DNA from: an uncultured Bacteriovoracaceae bacterium
GTDB lineage: Bacteria > Bdellovibrionota > UBA1018
Direction: 5' to 3'
Assembly (NCBI GenBank): GCA_964363305.1
Contig: CAYIHX010000019.1
Location: 2,065 to 66,064, forward strand
DNA: 64,000 bases
The translations under genes were made by a program, and so were the position numbers. Below, piece by piece: positions 39,530-49,107 of this stretch (within the stretch, counting starts at the first letter, position 1; each line of letters opens with the position of its first letter). Below the pieces are notes generated by a model. The model saw nothing but the letters and a program-made list of their open reading frames with translations, was not told where the DNA came from and did no database searches.

Positions 39530-39639
39530 CCGTGCTTCGCCCAATGCGAAATTTGGGCTGAGTCGGGCTGTGTGAGTGCTCTCGGATTTCGCTTTCCGCG
39601 AAAGCAAACGCCTCAGAAAGCAAGACCCTTGAGCGATCC

Positions 39640-39906
39640 TCAGCGGCTCACTTCGTAACCCGCGGCAACGATCGTCTCCTCGATCTTCGCGGCGCTGAGT
39701 TTGGCGCCTTCCTTCAGTGTGATCACGGCCTTCTTGGTTTTGAGGTTCACGGTGGTATCGGCGACCTCGGGCAGTTTTTTCAGCTCAGAGGTGATTTTCG
39801 CGCTGCATCCACCGCAGTGCATACCTTTGATTTTGGCGGTGATGGTTTCGGCGGCCCAGAGGGGAAGCGAGATCAGGAGGACGATCGAAAAAAGGAGTGA
39901 TTTCAT
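39640..39906 (-). CDS. Periplasmic heavy-metal-associated (HMA, MerP/CopZ-like) protein
   Basis: Signal peptide; GMHCGGC; AGY. Confidence 0.9.
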   Translation of the reverse strand: MKSLLFSIVLLISLPLWAAETITAKIKGMHCGGCSAKITSELKKLPEVADTTVNLKTKKAVITLKEGAKLSAAKIEETIVAAGYEVSR

Positions 39907-40059
39907 TGTGCTGTTGTATCGCGTGAATGAAACACGTCAAGTTTAAGACATCTTGAACTAGTGCGGACTGAGATTAATTTTTTTTAATCTCTTATTTTCA
40001 ACAGGTTGCGCATTTGAGAAGCCTTGACATAGGTGTATTGTTCACAGTAGTTTGAACGC

Positions 40060-40995
40060 ATGAACTACTCGATCGAACAAGTGGTGAAGCTGACAGGTGT
40101 ATCGGCCTTTAGTCTGCGGAACTGGGAAAAGAGATACTCATTTCTTCACCCGAAGCGTTTAAATAATGGGTTTCGCTACTATGACGAAAGTAGCGTGGCT
40201 CTTCTGAAAAGGGTCAACGAGCTGATCGAAGAGGGGCGTCGCATTGGCGATCTCGCAGCCCTGGTTAAGCGGGGAGAGTCTCTCCCAGAGCCGAGTGTGG
40301 TGACCCGTCGCGAAGAGCTGGACGGCGCGACGAGCGCTATCTTCACTGCGCTGAAGGACGGAGATTTTCAGAGGGCCGCGATTGCCTGGGAGAAGTTGCG
40401 GGCGTGGGCACCGGCGAGCAAGCAGGTCAGCTGGGTGATGGCGCCGCTCTTTGCGCGCGCGCAGAGTGAGTATGCCGCGGTGACCTTGCGGGCCGTGGAG
40501 TACCATGTCGTTTTGAGCTTCGTTCGCAATCAGCTCTTGGCGCTGATTCAAGTTCCGCAGGTTGATCCCCACCATGTCGCCTCGCCGCAAGAGGCAGCGG
40601 CGGAGGGGCATCGGCGCACCGCCGTTTTTGCGGTCCTTGAATCGGCGGAGACCGTTCGGACCGAAGACCGGTTGCGGATGCAGGTGATCGCGGCCTTTCG
40701 GGCTTTGAAGGCGCGTGAACGAGGTAAGTCCGTTCATCTTTTTGCCGAGGTGGTGAGCGCCTTGGAGATTCGGGAGCTTCTGGGGCGTCACCCCGATCTT
40801 GAGGCTCACCTGGTCGCAGATTCGAAGGCTCAGACCAGCATGCCGGGGGCTGGCCGGATGGTTTTCTGGATTTCTCCGGCGCTTTCGAGCCTGGATGAAT
40901 TGCTGGAGTTTGAGGTGAGTCAGGGGTTGACCCGGAGTGCGAGTCCCGGGGCGGTTTTTGAAAATTTATCTTCGCCGCCTACCCTTGCGAGCTGA
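40060..40995 (+). CDS. MerR-family regulator with a degenerate CarH/LitR-like C-terminal region
   Basis: YSIEQVVKLTGVSAFSLRNWEKRY...P.R..NGFRYY. Confidence 0.85.
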   Translation: MNYSIEQVVKLTGVSAFSLRNWEKRYSFLHPKRLNNGFRYYDESSVALLKRVNELIEEGRRIGDLAALVKRGESLPEPSVVTRREELDGATSAIFTALKDGDFQRAAIAWEKLRAWAPASKQVSWVMAPLFARAQSEYAAVTLRAVEYHVVLSFVRNQLLALIQVPQVDPHHVASPQEAAAEGHRRTAVFAVLESAETVRTEDRLRMQVIAAFRALKARERGKSVHLFAEVVSALEIRELLGRHPDLEAHLVADSKAQTSMPGAGRMVFWISPALSSLDELLEFEVSQGLTRSASPGAVFENLSSPPTLAS

Positions 40996-41007
40996 TAGTC
41001 TCGGGGA

Positions 41008-41748
41008 GTGAAGAATCGTTTTATTTTCGGATGGGTCTGCGCTGCTTTTCTTTCTGTTTTGACAGCAAGTGCCAACGAAAGGGGCGGGCGTTGGATCAGC
41101 TTCGGATTGCAGGCTGGGAACCCGAGTCTTTTAGCGGCCACGGTGGGTTTCGTGAAGATTCCATGGGTCGAGTTCGGCGTGCACTTCGGTTTCGCGCCCA
41201 TCAATAATGCCGTCCGAGGCATGATTCGTCTTTCGCCTGTTCCGGTTTCAGTGCCGAGCCCGGATGCTTACAGTTTCAAACCGGACGCGAACTACGTATT
41301 TAAAAACGTGGGAGGGTACCTCCGGATTCTTCCTTTTGAAGATCCCTGGTTTCTCGAGGTCGATGGAAGTTTTTACGATCTGGGAGGCATTCTTGCGGTC
41401 GACTTGAGCAATGATACTCAGGGAACAGTGACCTCGGGTGCGGCTTCCGGTTCGATCTATCTGGGAGTCCCGGCCTTGACGGTGACTCTGGGTAGACACT
41501 TCGCCGTGACTCAGGATTTTTTCTTGTCTGCGGCGCTGGGGGTGGTGATTCCCTTCGCGATTCAGAATGCCGTGTCCATCGGTGGGACTGCGACCCAGGC
41601 TCTTCCGCTGATTCCCGGCGCGGAGGCCGGGTTTGAGGCTGCAAAGACTTTGATCCGTGATCAGATGTCTTCGGGGCTTGCGGATGTGCAGAAGAAGGCT
41701 GTCGTGCTTCTTCCGTCGGTTCAGGTCGGGATTGGATTCTGGCTTTAA
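41008..41748 (+). CDS. Putative outer-membrane beta-barrel protein
   Basis: Signal peptide, amphipathic strands, C-terminal QVGIGFWL. Confidence 0.65.
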   Translation: MKNRFIFGWVCAAFLSVLTASANERGGRWISFGLQAGNPSLLAATVGFVKIPWVEFGVHFGFAPINNAVRGMIRLSPVPVSVPSPDAYSFKPDANYVFKNVGGYLRILPFEDPWFLEVDGSFYDLGGILAVDLSNDTQGTVTSGAASGSIYLGVPALTVTLGRHFAVTQDFFLSAALGVVIPFAIQNAVSIGGTATQALPLIPGAEAGFEAAKTLIRDQMSSGLADVQKKAVVLLPSVQVGIGFWL

Positions 41749-41846
41749 CGCATTGCGTTATCCATAAAGGAGGGCTTCTTGGGGGAGTGGTGACGCTCTG
41801 CGTGAAATTTGTTGAGTATTTTGATCGGTAGTTAATACTGAGAGGG

Positions 41847-42521
41847 ATGGTTCTTGTGTGCCGCTTTTACTCATTGTTCCTTCTCTCGTTTTTCTTAGGG
41901 GGGGAAGTTCTCGCCGATTTGAGGGCCCTTTCCGGACTAGGCGCCCCTTTCGACGAACTGAATCGTGCCGAAAGCTGGATCGCCGATCGCAACGAGCAGA
42001 GCCAGGAGCAAATTCGAAGTTTTCTTCGCGAGGGATGGACGACCGTTGAGCAGGCAGTCTGGGAGCGCACCCAGGGGGCTCAGCGGGAGGCGCCTCCGGC
42101 CTGGACTTTGCACCGATTGGCTACGACCGCTTTGTCGCGAAGCCAGCTGGATCCGGTGGCAAGCGTCGCCCAGCAGACGAAAGATTCAAAGCTGCGCGAG
42201 CTCGCTGTGGAGGCTTTGGCTCGTTCGCGTGAGTTGCATGCTCAGGAACTGCTGATCGAGCTCTATCGGCAGAGTCAGGATGGTGCGGAAAAGAGCCGCA
42301 TCCTTTCGGCCCTTTGGCCGAGAGGGCGAGAGGATCCTGTTCGAGAGTTTCTCCAGGGGGAGGTCTCGGATTCGCAGTTGAGCACGGAGCTGCGAACTCA
42401 GGCGGCGATTTCTTTGATTTGGTTCGACCCCCAGATGAAGGGCCGTACGCCTGCGTCGACGTCATCTTTCGATCGAGAACTCGAACGAATCCAACTCATG
42501 ATCTGGGGGGATTCTCGATGA
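41847..42521 (+). CDS. Secreted HEAT-repeat-like protein
   Basis: LRELAVEALAR, LRTQAAISL helices. Confidence 0.6.
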   Translation: MVLVCRFYSLFLLSFFLGGEVLADLRALSGLGAPFDELNRAESWIADRNEQSQEQIRSFLREGWTTVEQAVWERTQGAQREAPPAWTLHRLATTALSRSQLDPVASVAQQTKDSKLRELAVEALARSRELHAQELLIELYRQSQDGAEKSRILSALWPRGREDPVREFLQGEVSDSQLSTELRTQAAISLIWFDPQMKGRTPASTSSFDRELERIQLMIWGDSR

Positions 42522-43912
42522 GGAGAAGCCGCACCAGCAAGCGCGCTGCGGCGCGAGGGGTCGCGTTGCTGATCCTTTCGGTGTTCATTTGGTTTGGCGA
42601 TTCAGGTTGGGAGCTCTCGCCTTCCGCCATGGTGTGCCTGGATGCGGAGGGCTCCGCCTGCGACGTGGGCAATCGCAAGGCCGGTGCACGTGATATCTTG
42701 GTGCTGATCAGCGGGCTCGACGCAAGCGACTCGAAGCTCAGCGATCTGGCCTTTGATTGGAGCGCGAGACTTCCGAGTTCCTGGCAGCCTTTTAGGCTGG
42801 TGCAGGTTGCGGTGTTTGAGGCTCACGATCCAGATGAAGCGGCTGTTCGCCGGGTGTTGAGTCGCGCGCGGCGTCGAGTCGCGGGCTTTGAGCCCGAGCT
42901 TGTGATTCTCTCGCCGGAGTTCATCCAGGGGGAGCGAGCCGATCCCTGGGTCCCGTCGGCTTCTCCGGCCCGTTGGGGTACGAGAAAATTTGGCTGGCTG
43001 GTGTGGCCTTGGCAGCGCGACGAGCAAGGAAAGCCCCTATCCGTTGGGGTTGACGACGACTCAGAATTTATGAGGCGCCTTCGAGTGGCTTCGGGGGAGC
43101 GCCTGCCCGAGAAAATTCTTCCCGGTCTGGAGGGCCTGAGTTTGGGGCTAATCGATCGCCTTTCTTCAAGCCTCCTTCAATTCTCTTCCTCAATCTGGGA
43201 AGAATCACTTCGTTCCGAGGTCAAGCTCAGCGAAGTGCTGGCCGCGAATGGCGCTTCGAATCTGGACGTTACGCGCTACCCTGAGCGAGTGCGAGTCGAG
43301 CGGAGCGAACCCTGGGTTGAGAGCGGCGGGCTCGGCGTCGGTCGGGGAGTTTGGCGTGTGGGTGAGCTTCGTTCGCCCAGTTCTTCGGATGCCGAGAACG
43401 TGCGCATCCGAGCCGTGGGGCCGGTCGAGCCCTGGCATGAGTCCGCGGGGAAGACCTCCGCTGTTTTGTTGTTCGATGCGGACAAAAATCATCCCGAGCA
43501 CCCGACTTCCGGTTACGATGTCGAAGTTCGTTGGCTGCGAAAGAGCTGGAAAGTTTGCGTGGCGGGCCTTTCGCCCTATCCCTGCTCGGATACGCAGCGA
43601 ATGACTTTTCGAAAGCGCTTCAAGCCGACCCGCCAGGTGGCATCCATTCCGGTCGAGGCTCTTGCGGAGGCGCCGGTGATCGTGCGGCGCTGGTTCTGCG
43701 CGATCGGAATGGAGCCCGCTTGCCGACTGGCGGGGGTTCGCACGCCTGCCTCCGTTTTCGCGGTCGATCGCATTCAGTTGCAGCTTCCTTACGAGCGCAT
43801 CGAACTGCCCGCGACGGAGTGGTTCTCCACTTATGAGTGGAGATTCCAGAGCGTCAACGAGTTTGGCGAGTCGGGCTTCACCGATTGGGTCAAGCTGGAA
43901 CGCTTGCGTTGA
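42518..43912 (+). CDS. Membrane-anchored hypothetical protein
   Basis: ATGA overlap; TM; long ORF. Confidence 0.65.
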   Translation: MRRSRTSKRAAARGVALLILSVFIWFGDSGWELSPSAMVCLDAEGSACDVGNRKAGARDILVLISGLDASDSKLSDLAFDWSARLPSSWQPFRLVQVAVFEAHDPDEAAVRRVLSRARRRVAGFEPELVILSPEFIQGERADPWVPSASPARWGTRKFGWLVWPWQRDEQGKPLSVGVDDDSEFMRRLRVASGERLPEKILPGLEGLSLGLIDRLSSSLLQFSSSIWEESLRSEVKLSEVLAANGASNLDVTRYPERVRVERSEPWVESGGLGVGRGVWRVGELRSPSSSDAENVRIRAVGPVEPWHESAGKTSAVLLFDADKNHPEHPTSGYDVEVRWLRKSWKVCVAGLSPYPCSDTQRMTFRKRFKPTRQVASIPVEALAEAPVIVRRWFCAIGMEPACRLAGVRTPASVFAVDRIQLQLPYERIELPATEWFSTYEWRFQSVNEFGESGFTDWVKLERLR

Positions 43913-43929
43913 GCGACTGACTCCTGGGC

Positions 43930-45159
43930 TCAAAAAAGAATTCGCGTTTTGATCGAGGCATCGAGAGACTCGATCTGGCTCTTCACTTCGGCGGACAGCG
44001 CTTTGTCCGTATCGAGGACGAGGTAACCGACGTCAGGGCTGGTTGCGAGCGCCTGCGCCGAGATGTTGGCTCCCAACTTGAAAATGATTTGATTGATCTG
44101 CGACAGCACGCCCGGCACGTTTTTGTGGCAGTTCAAAATCCGGTGGCTGCCGGGCGAGAGTGGCATGTCGACGACCGGAAAATTGACTGCACCGGTCGTG
44201 GCTCCGATGTTGACCTGCCGAATCAGCGTGGCCGAGACCTCGGCACCAATGTTGACTTGCGCCTCTTCGGTGGCGCCCGCGATGTGGGGCGTGAGCACGA
44301 CGTTGGAAAGTCCCCGTAAATCGGTCTTGAAGTCTGAGGTATTGGTTTCTGGCTCCTCCGGAAAAACGTCGAGGGCGGCGCCTGCGAGGTGACCGTCGCG
44401 AAGTGCTTTTGCCAGCGCCGCGAGATCGACCACCGTGCCGCGGCTCGCATTGATGAGGTGAGCGCCCTTTTTCATTTCTGCGAGGCTATCGGTGTTCATC
44501 AGGTTCTCGGTTCGTTGCGTGCCCGGCACGTGAAGAGTCACGATGTCCGCCGTGTTGAGCAGGTCTTCAAGCCGATACATGGGTTTGGCGTTGCCGAGGG
44601 GGAGCTTCGGAAGGATGTCATAGAAGATCACATTCATCCCGACTGCCTCGGCCAGAGTCGACACCTGGGAGCCGATGTTTCCGTAGCCAACGATGCCGAG
44701 CGTTTTGCCGCGAACTTCGACGAAACCGGTAGAGAGTTTTTTCCAGATCCCCTGGTGCATCTCGATGTTCCGTTGGCCGAGCCCACGCGCGAGCATGATG
44801 ATCTCCGCGAGCACCATTTCTGCGACGCTTCGGGTGTTTCCAAACGGCGCGTTAAAGACAGGGATTCCGAGTGTGCGAGCCTTCGCATGGTCGATTTGAT
44901 TGGTTCCGATGCAGAAGCACCCGACCGTGAGGAGGCGCTTTGCCTGGGCGAGCACCTCCGCCGGCACCTGGGTTTTGCTGCGGATTCCGAGCACATGAAT
45001 GTCTCGAATTTTCTCCGTCAATGCTGCTGGGCTGAGCGCACCGGGAAGCGTTTCGACTTGAAAACCCTCCTCCGTGAAGCGCTGAACGGCCAGCGGATGG
45101 ATGTTTTCGAGCAGGAGTACTTTGATCTGATTTTTTGGAAAGGAGGTCGTAGGAGCCAT
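43930..45159 (-). CDS. serA: D-3-phosphoglycerate dehydrogenase
   Basis: GIRSKT, GCFCIGTNQ, GIVGYGNIG, TPHIAG, ACT domain; start MAPTTS. Confidence 0.96.
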   Translation of the reverse strand: MAPTTSFPKNQIKVLLLENIHPLAVQRFTEEGFQVETLPGALSPAALTEKIRDIHVLGIRSKTQVPAEVLAQAKRLLTVGCFCIGTNQIDHAKARTLGIPVFNAPFGNTRSVAEMVLAEIIMLARGLGQRNIEMHQGIWKKLSTGFVEVRGKTLGIVGYGNIGSQVSTLAEAVGMNVIFYDILPKLPLGNAKPMYRLEDLLNTADIVTLHVPGTQRTENLMNTDSLAEMKKGAHLINASRGTVVDLAALAKALRDGHLAGAALDVFPEEPETNTSDFKTDLRGLSNVVLTPHIAGATEEAQVNIGAEVSATLIRQVNIGATTGAVNFPVVDMPLSPGSHRILNCHKNVPGVLSQINQIIFKLGANISAQALATSPDVGYLVLDTDKALSAEVKSQIESLDASIKTRILF

Positions 45160-45225
45160 GGGTGCCCAACCTACCGCAGAAAGGAATTTGTTGAAAGCCA
45201 CGGCTTCTTTCAATAAGAGTACCTT

Positions 45226-45744
45226 ATGACAACCGATCTTTTTGCGACGCTTGAAACTTCGTTGGGTAACGTCCGCGTTCGGCTCTTCGCGGATAAAGTT
45301 CCTGAAACGGTAAAGAACTTCGTGGATCTCGCGGAGGGGAAGAAGGAATATACCGACCCTAAGGACGGTAAAAAGAAGACGGAGCCCTACTACGACGGCA
45401 CGATCTTTCATCGCGTCATTCCGCGTTTCATGGTTCAGGCCGGCGATCGCGCAGGCACGGGAATGGGCGGGCCGGGCTATCGTTTCAAGGATGAGTTTCA
45501 TCCCGAACTCAAACACAGTCGCCCTGGAATTCTCTCGATGGCGAATGCCGGCCCCCATACGAACGGTAGCCAGTTCTTCATCACGACCGTCGCGACGCCT
45601 CACCTCGACAACCGTCACTCGGTCTTCGGCGAGGTCGTGAGCGGCATGGATATCGTTGAAATCATCTCCAATGTCGCCCGCGACGGCCGGGATCGCCCTC
45701 GCGAAGACGTGGTGATGAAGAAGATCACGATCGAGCGGTCTTGA
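45226..45744 (+). CDS. Cyclophilin-type peptidyl-prolyl isomerase
   Basis: FHRVIPRFMVQAGD, SMANAGPHTNGSQFFIT, HSVFG. Confidence 0.97.
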   Translation: MTTDLFATLETSLGNVRVRLFADKVPETVKNFVDLAEGKKEYTDPKDGKKKTEPYYDGTIFHRVIPRFMVQAGDRAGTGMGGPGYRFKDEFHPELKHSRPGILSMANAGPHTNGSQFFITTVATPHLDNRHSVFGEVVSGMDIVEIISNVARDGRDRPREDVVMKKITIERS

Positions 45745-45750
45745 AGCTGC

Positions 45751-45768
45751 TGTCGTCAACTGACGACA
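45751..45768. promoter_or_regulatory. Perfect palindrome, candidate operator
   Basis: TGTCGTCA-AC-TGACGACA; a 2-nt loop is too tight for a good terminator. Confidence 0.45.
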
Positions 45769-45849
45769 AAAACTCCTTGGTTTTGCTTAAAAACGTGGCA
45801 ATTGTCTCGTTGCGCCATTAGTAGGCAAGCTAACTTGAAGGAGTTTTCA

Positions 45850-46263
45850 ATGATTCGATCTATTTTGAGTTCTTTGCTTTTTGTGGGTTTGTTGGTCAAC
45901 GTGAGTGAAGCGGAGGCCCGCTCCCTTCATCCTTGCACCCCTGTGGTGCGGATGAGGGATTCACGTATGAGCTGTCCTACGTCGACGGGCGCCATTTTCT
46001 CGGTTCGGATCGAGACACTTCATTCCCCTCTTCGGCACCCCTCCTGCCAGGGTGAAAACGCGGTCGAGCACCATACGGCGAAGATCGAGGTCAGCGACGG
46101 GGAAGGCATTCCGGTCGGAACGATGACCCTCTACGGAGCCTTCGAGTACTCGCTCGGTGTGCCAGGCATGAGCAACGGCTGGCTGAGAAGCGAGAAGGCT
46201 GGCGTGAACCTGGAAGGCTGTGTCGCTCCAGCGCACAACGGTGGGATGTCCGTTGGCAACTGA
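45850..46263 (+). CDS. Small secreted Cys-containing protein
   Basis: AAGGAG RBS; signal peptide ending AEA. Confidence 0.7.
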   Translation: MIRSILSSLLFVGLLVNVSEAEARSLHPCTPVVRMRDSRMSCPTSTGAIFSVRIETLHSPLRHPSCQGENAVEHHTAKIEVSDGEGIPVGTMTLYGAFEYSLGVPGMSNGWLRSEKAGVNLEGCVAPAHNGGMSVGN

Positions 46264-47080
46264 TCCGAGCCAGGGGCTTCGGTCGGCGGTGGACTATCGC
46301 ATCTTTCTCAAAACCTATCTCGACTCGCACGGGCTCAATCTTTCGGATTTCGCGCGAGCAACGGGTTTTGGGCGAGGTTACCCGAGCGATGTTCTGTCCG
46401 GCCGCCGCCGCCTCACGCTCAAGTCATTGCGCACCTTCGAGGGCGCCCTGAAGTTGCCTGCGACGGGGCGGAAGCTTTTTCGGCTGCTGGTCGCGCGCGA
46501 GGAGAGAGATCTCTTCCCTGAGTGGGATCTCGCGTTCATCGAGGAGTCCATTCGCTCCCTTCGGGCGCGCCCCTGGGGTCGTGCGCATCGGGAGTTGCGG
46601 TCAAAAGAGTTGTCCGACCGCGCGGAGATTCTGCGTGATCCGCTCACGCTCGTTGTTTACGCTGCCGCGGGCAGCCCGGGAGCAGGGGCCACTTTTGAGC
46701 AGCTTCGAATCCGTACGCGCTGCGCGGACCGGGATCTCGAGCGGGTGCTGAAAGGGCTCGAGCAGGTCGGTCTCATTCAGTTTTCAGAAAACCGGTATGA
46801 GCCCGCGGATCTACACCTTTTCCTGAAGACCTCCGATCAGGGCGAGCTTCTTCGTGACCTGTTTCGCGCTGCTTGCCAAACCGCTTCGCAGCGGATCCTG
46901 TCTCCCGATGCCGCCGATTCGCGACAGGAGATGTTTTTCACCTCGGCATTTTGTGTCGACGAAAAGAAGATGCCCGAGCTGAAGACCGCGCTCCGCAAGA
47001 CCATCCTCCAGTTCGTCGATGACTCGATTCGTCCAGAGGGGGATCGCGTTGTCCGCCTTGTGGCGGCGATGCATGTTTAG
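46253..47080 (+). CDS. TIGR02147-like HTH protein (start uncertain)
   Basis: DYRIFLK, DFARATGF, SDVLSGRRRLT, second HTH, ELKTALRK tail. Confidence 0.75.
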   Translation: MATDPSQGLRSAVDYRIFLKTYLDSHGLNLSDFARATGFGRGYPSDVLSGRRRLTLKSLRTFEGALKLPATGRKLFRLLVAREERDLFPEWDLAFIEESIRSLRARPWGRAHRELRSKELSDRAEILRDPLTLVVYAAAGSPGAGATFEQLRIRTRCADRDLERVLKGLEQVGLIQFSENRYEPADLHLFLKTSDQGELLRDLFRAACQTASQRILSPDAADSRQEMFFTSAFCVDEKKMPELKTALRKTILQFVDDSIRPEGDRVVRLVAAMHV

Positions 47081-47083
47081 TGG

Positions 47084-48085
47084 CTATTTCTGAATCGTGC
47101 GTTCAAACGCCAAACGGGCGCTGCCATCAGGCTTGACGGTGTAGGCGGATATTTTGAGCCGGGCATCGCTCGCTTCGACCCAAAAAAATCCGAGGGTTTC
47201 ATAGGCCTCCCAGATCGCATGGCTCGCGCGTTTTTTTGGATCAGCGGATTTCGGGCCGTTGCTTTTGGCTCCCGCGCCCGAGACCATGAATTGGGGTCGA
47301 GCGCCGCAGCCGGGGTGCGGCTGCAGCCACTGCAAACTATGGTCGTGACCACTGAGCAGAAAGTCGACTTTTCCGCAGACCTCGGCCTCGTACATTTTCT
47401 TAAGCTCGTCTCCGGTGGCGAGGCCGAGCCCCTCGAACTCGCCTGCGTTGCCATGCGTGCCGTTATTTCGGTACGGGTGGTGCGCGACGACGGCGGTCCA
47501 TTTCGCACCGCTTGCCGCGATGGATTTCCGGAGCCACGCGCGTTGATCACGATCGTACTTTTTGTTGGGTCGGTACCAGTCGAATTGCGGGACGTTCTGC
47601 GGGGCGAGTGGATTGCTATCGAGGACGAAAAACTCGATGACGGGCCGGGCGACTGGGACGGCGAAGTTGTAGTAGCGGCTTGGCATCATCCATTTGTCCG
47701 AGTGCTGGGTATACTCGACCTGAAAATCACCCTTGCCCGGATGTACCCCGCTGCCTGGAATCATACCGCTTTGATCATGATTGCCGAGCACCATGAAAAA
47801 CGGAAAGTTGAGCCGGGTGTAAGGTTTTTCAAATTTAGTCTGAAATTGCGGATCGGTGTTGCTGTCGACGCCATACTCGTAGAAATTATCGCCCAGATTC
47901 AATGCGAATTGGCAGCCCCGTTGAGAGCAAACCTTTTCCATGGCCGCTGCAACGGCGTATTGTCCGCTCGTTCCCGTTCCAGCGTCGCCGAGAACGATGA
48001 AGCGTACCGGGGCTTGGGTAGGAAGGTGGATGGAGGCCGCTTCAGCCGACAGCGTTGCCAGGAGGAAAAGGATTGATGTTCGCAT
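47084..48085 (-). CDS. Secreted metallophosphoesterase (purple acid phosphatase-like)
   Basis: GDAG, GDNFY, GNHD, HHP, GHDH. Confidence 0.92.
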   Translation of the reverse strand: MRTSILFLLATLSAEAASIHLPTQAPVRFIVLGDAGTGTSGQYAVAAAMEKVCSQRGCQFALNLGDNFYEYGVDSNTDPQFQTKFEKPYTRLNFPFFMVLGNHDQSGMIPGSGVHPGKGDFQVEYTQHSDKWMMPSRYYNFAVPVARPVIEFFVLDSNPLAPQNVPQFDWYRPNKKYDRDQRAWLRKSIAASGAKWTAVVAHHPYRNNGTHGNAGEFEGLGLATGDELKKMYEAEVCGKVDFLLSGHDHSLQWLQPHPGCGARPQFMVSGAGAKSNGPKSADPKKRASHAIWEAYETLGFFWVEASDARLKISAYTVKPDGSARLAFERTIQK

Positions 48086-48126
48086 AGGAGGAGACTACTC
48101 GGCTTTCGAGCAATCAATGATCGGAT

Positions 48127-48480
48127 TTAGCACTCTTCGGCGATCGAGAGGGTCGCCGACTGATGAGTCCCGCGCGAACCTCGATGAATGGTCATCTCGC
48201 AGCCCTGGCCCTGGCTGAGTATGCGGAAAATGACCGTTCCATTTCTCTGGGTTCGACGCGTCACGCTGCAGCTGCCGTCATGTGTGACAATGTCCGAAGG
48301 GTTCGCAAGAACGAGGTCGACGCCATCGATGAGCGTGTCATCACATTGGAGGACGACCACTTGGCGGAGACTTCTTGGATTGTTCCAGTCGAGGGTTACG
48401 ACTTCGATATTCGGCTCGCTTGCGGAAGCGGCGGTAGTGAGAGCGATGGCAACCCAGGGTAACAAATAATTGAAATTCAT
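48127..48480 (-). CDS. Small secreted hypothetical protein
   Basis: Signal peptide ending ASA; 4 Cys. Confidence 0.55.
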   Translation of the reverse strand: MNFNYLLPWVAIALTTAASASEPNIEVVTLDWNNPRSLRQVVVLQCDDTLIDGVDLVLANPSDIVTHDGSCSVTRRTQRNGTVIFRILSQGQGCEMTIHRGSRGTHQSATLSIAEEC

Positions 48481-48648
48481 AAGTGGCGGCATACTTTTCA
48501 AATCATTGAATTTCAAGCGCAGGGGGCGCTCGGTAGCTGATTCTCGTGAAATGAGTCACCAGGAGCTCACTCGAAGGCTCCGGTGCTGGGCGGGATTGTG
48601 ACCTCGATTTGAGATGAAACTGAAGCATTTTTAGGGGAAGAAAAAGAG

Positions 48649-49068
48649 ATGAAAACTTTGAGTCGAATACTGCCCGTGCTTCTTGTTCTTGCGTTAGCCG
48701 CCCCGGCCCCTGCGACTGACTCGCCATCCTACGCCAAGGATTATCTGGCGCTTCAGGACGCTCTGGCGTCCGACCAGCTGGTCGAGGCGAGGGCGGCCGC
48801 CGCGCGATTGTTGGAGTCGGCCAAGGGGCAGAAAGTATTTGTCGCTCAGGCCAAGAAGATCAGCGCGGCGCAGACGCTTACTGAGGCGCGAAAATTTTTC
48901 AAGGCGCTTTCGGAGGAAGCGATCCGGGGAAGCAAAGGCGCGTTTGGTGCCGATTCCGAGGTGGTCTCCTGCCCGATGGCTCAGGCTCGTTGGATCCAAA
49001 AAAAGGGATCGGTGCGGAACCCTTACTATGGCAAGGCGATGCTAGAGTGCGGTGAGAAGGCAGAGTAG
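48649..49068 (+). CDS. DUF3347-like periplasmic metal-binding protein
   Basis: YLALQDALASD, CPMAQARW, NPYYGKAMLECG. Confidence 0.85.
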   Translation: MKTLSRILPVLLVLALAAPAPATDSPSYAKDYLALQDALASDQLVEARAAAARLLESAKGQKVFVAQAKKISAAQTLTEARKFFKALSEEAIRGSKGAFGADSEVVSCPMAQARWIQKKGSVRNPYYGKAMLECGEKAE

Positions 49069-49107
49069 TCTTGGCACCGAAGCGGTGAACTGATACGTGC
49101 GATCTCG

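Noticed and set aside
45160-45759. Apparent serA N-terminal fusion
   Set aside because: Antisense shadow of the cyclophilin gene
45796-45813. TGGCA...TTGC as a sigma54 promoter
   Set aside because: GG-to-GC spacing is 13 nt rather than 10
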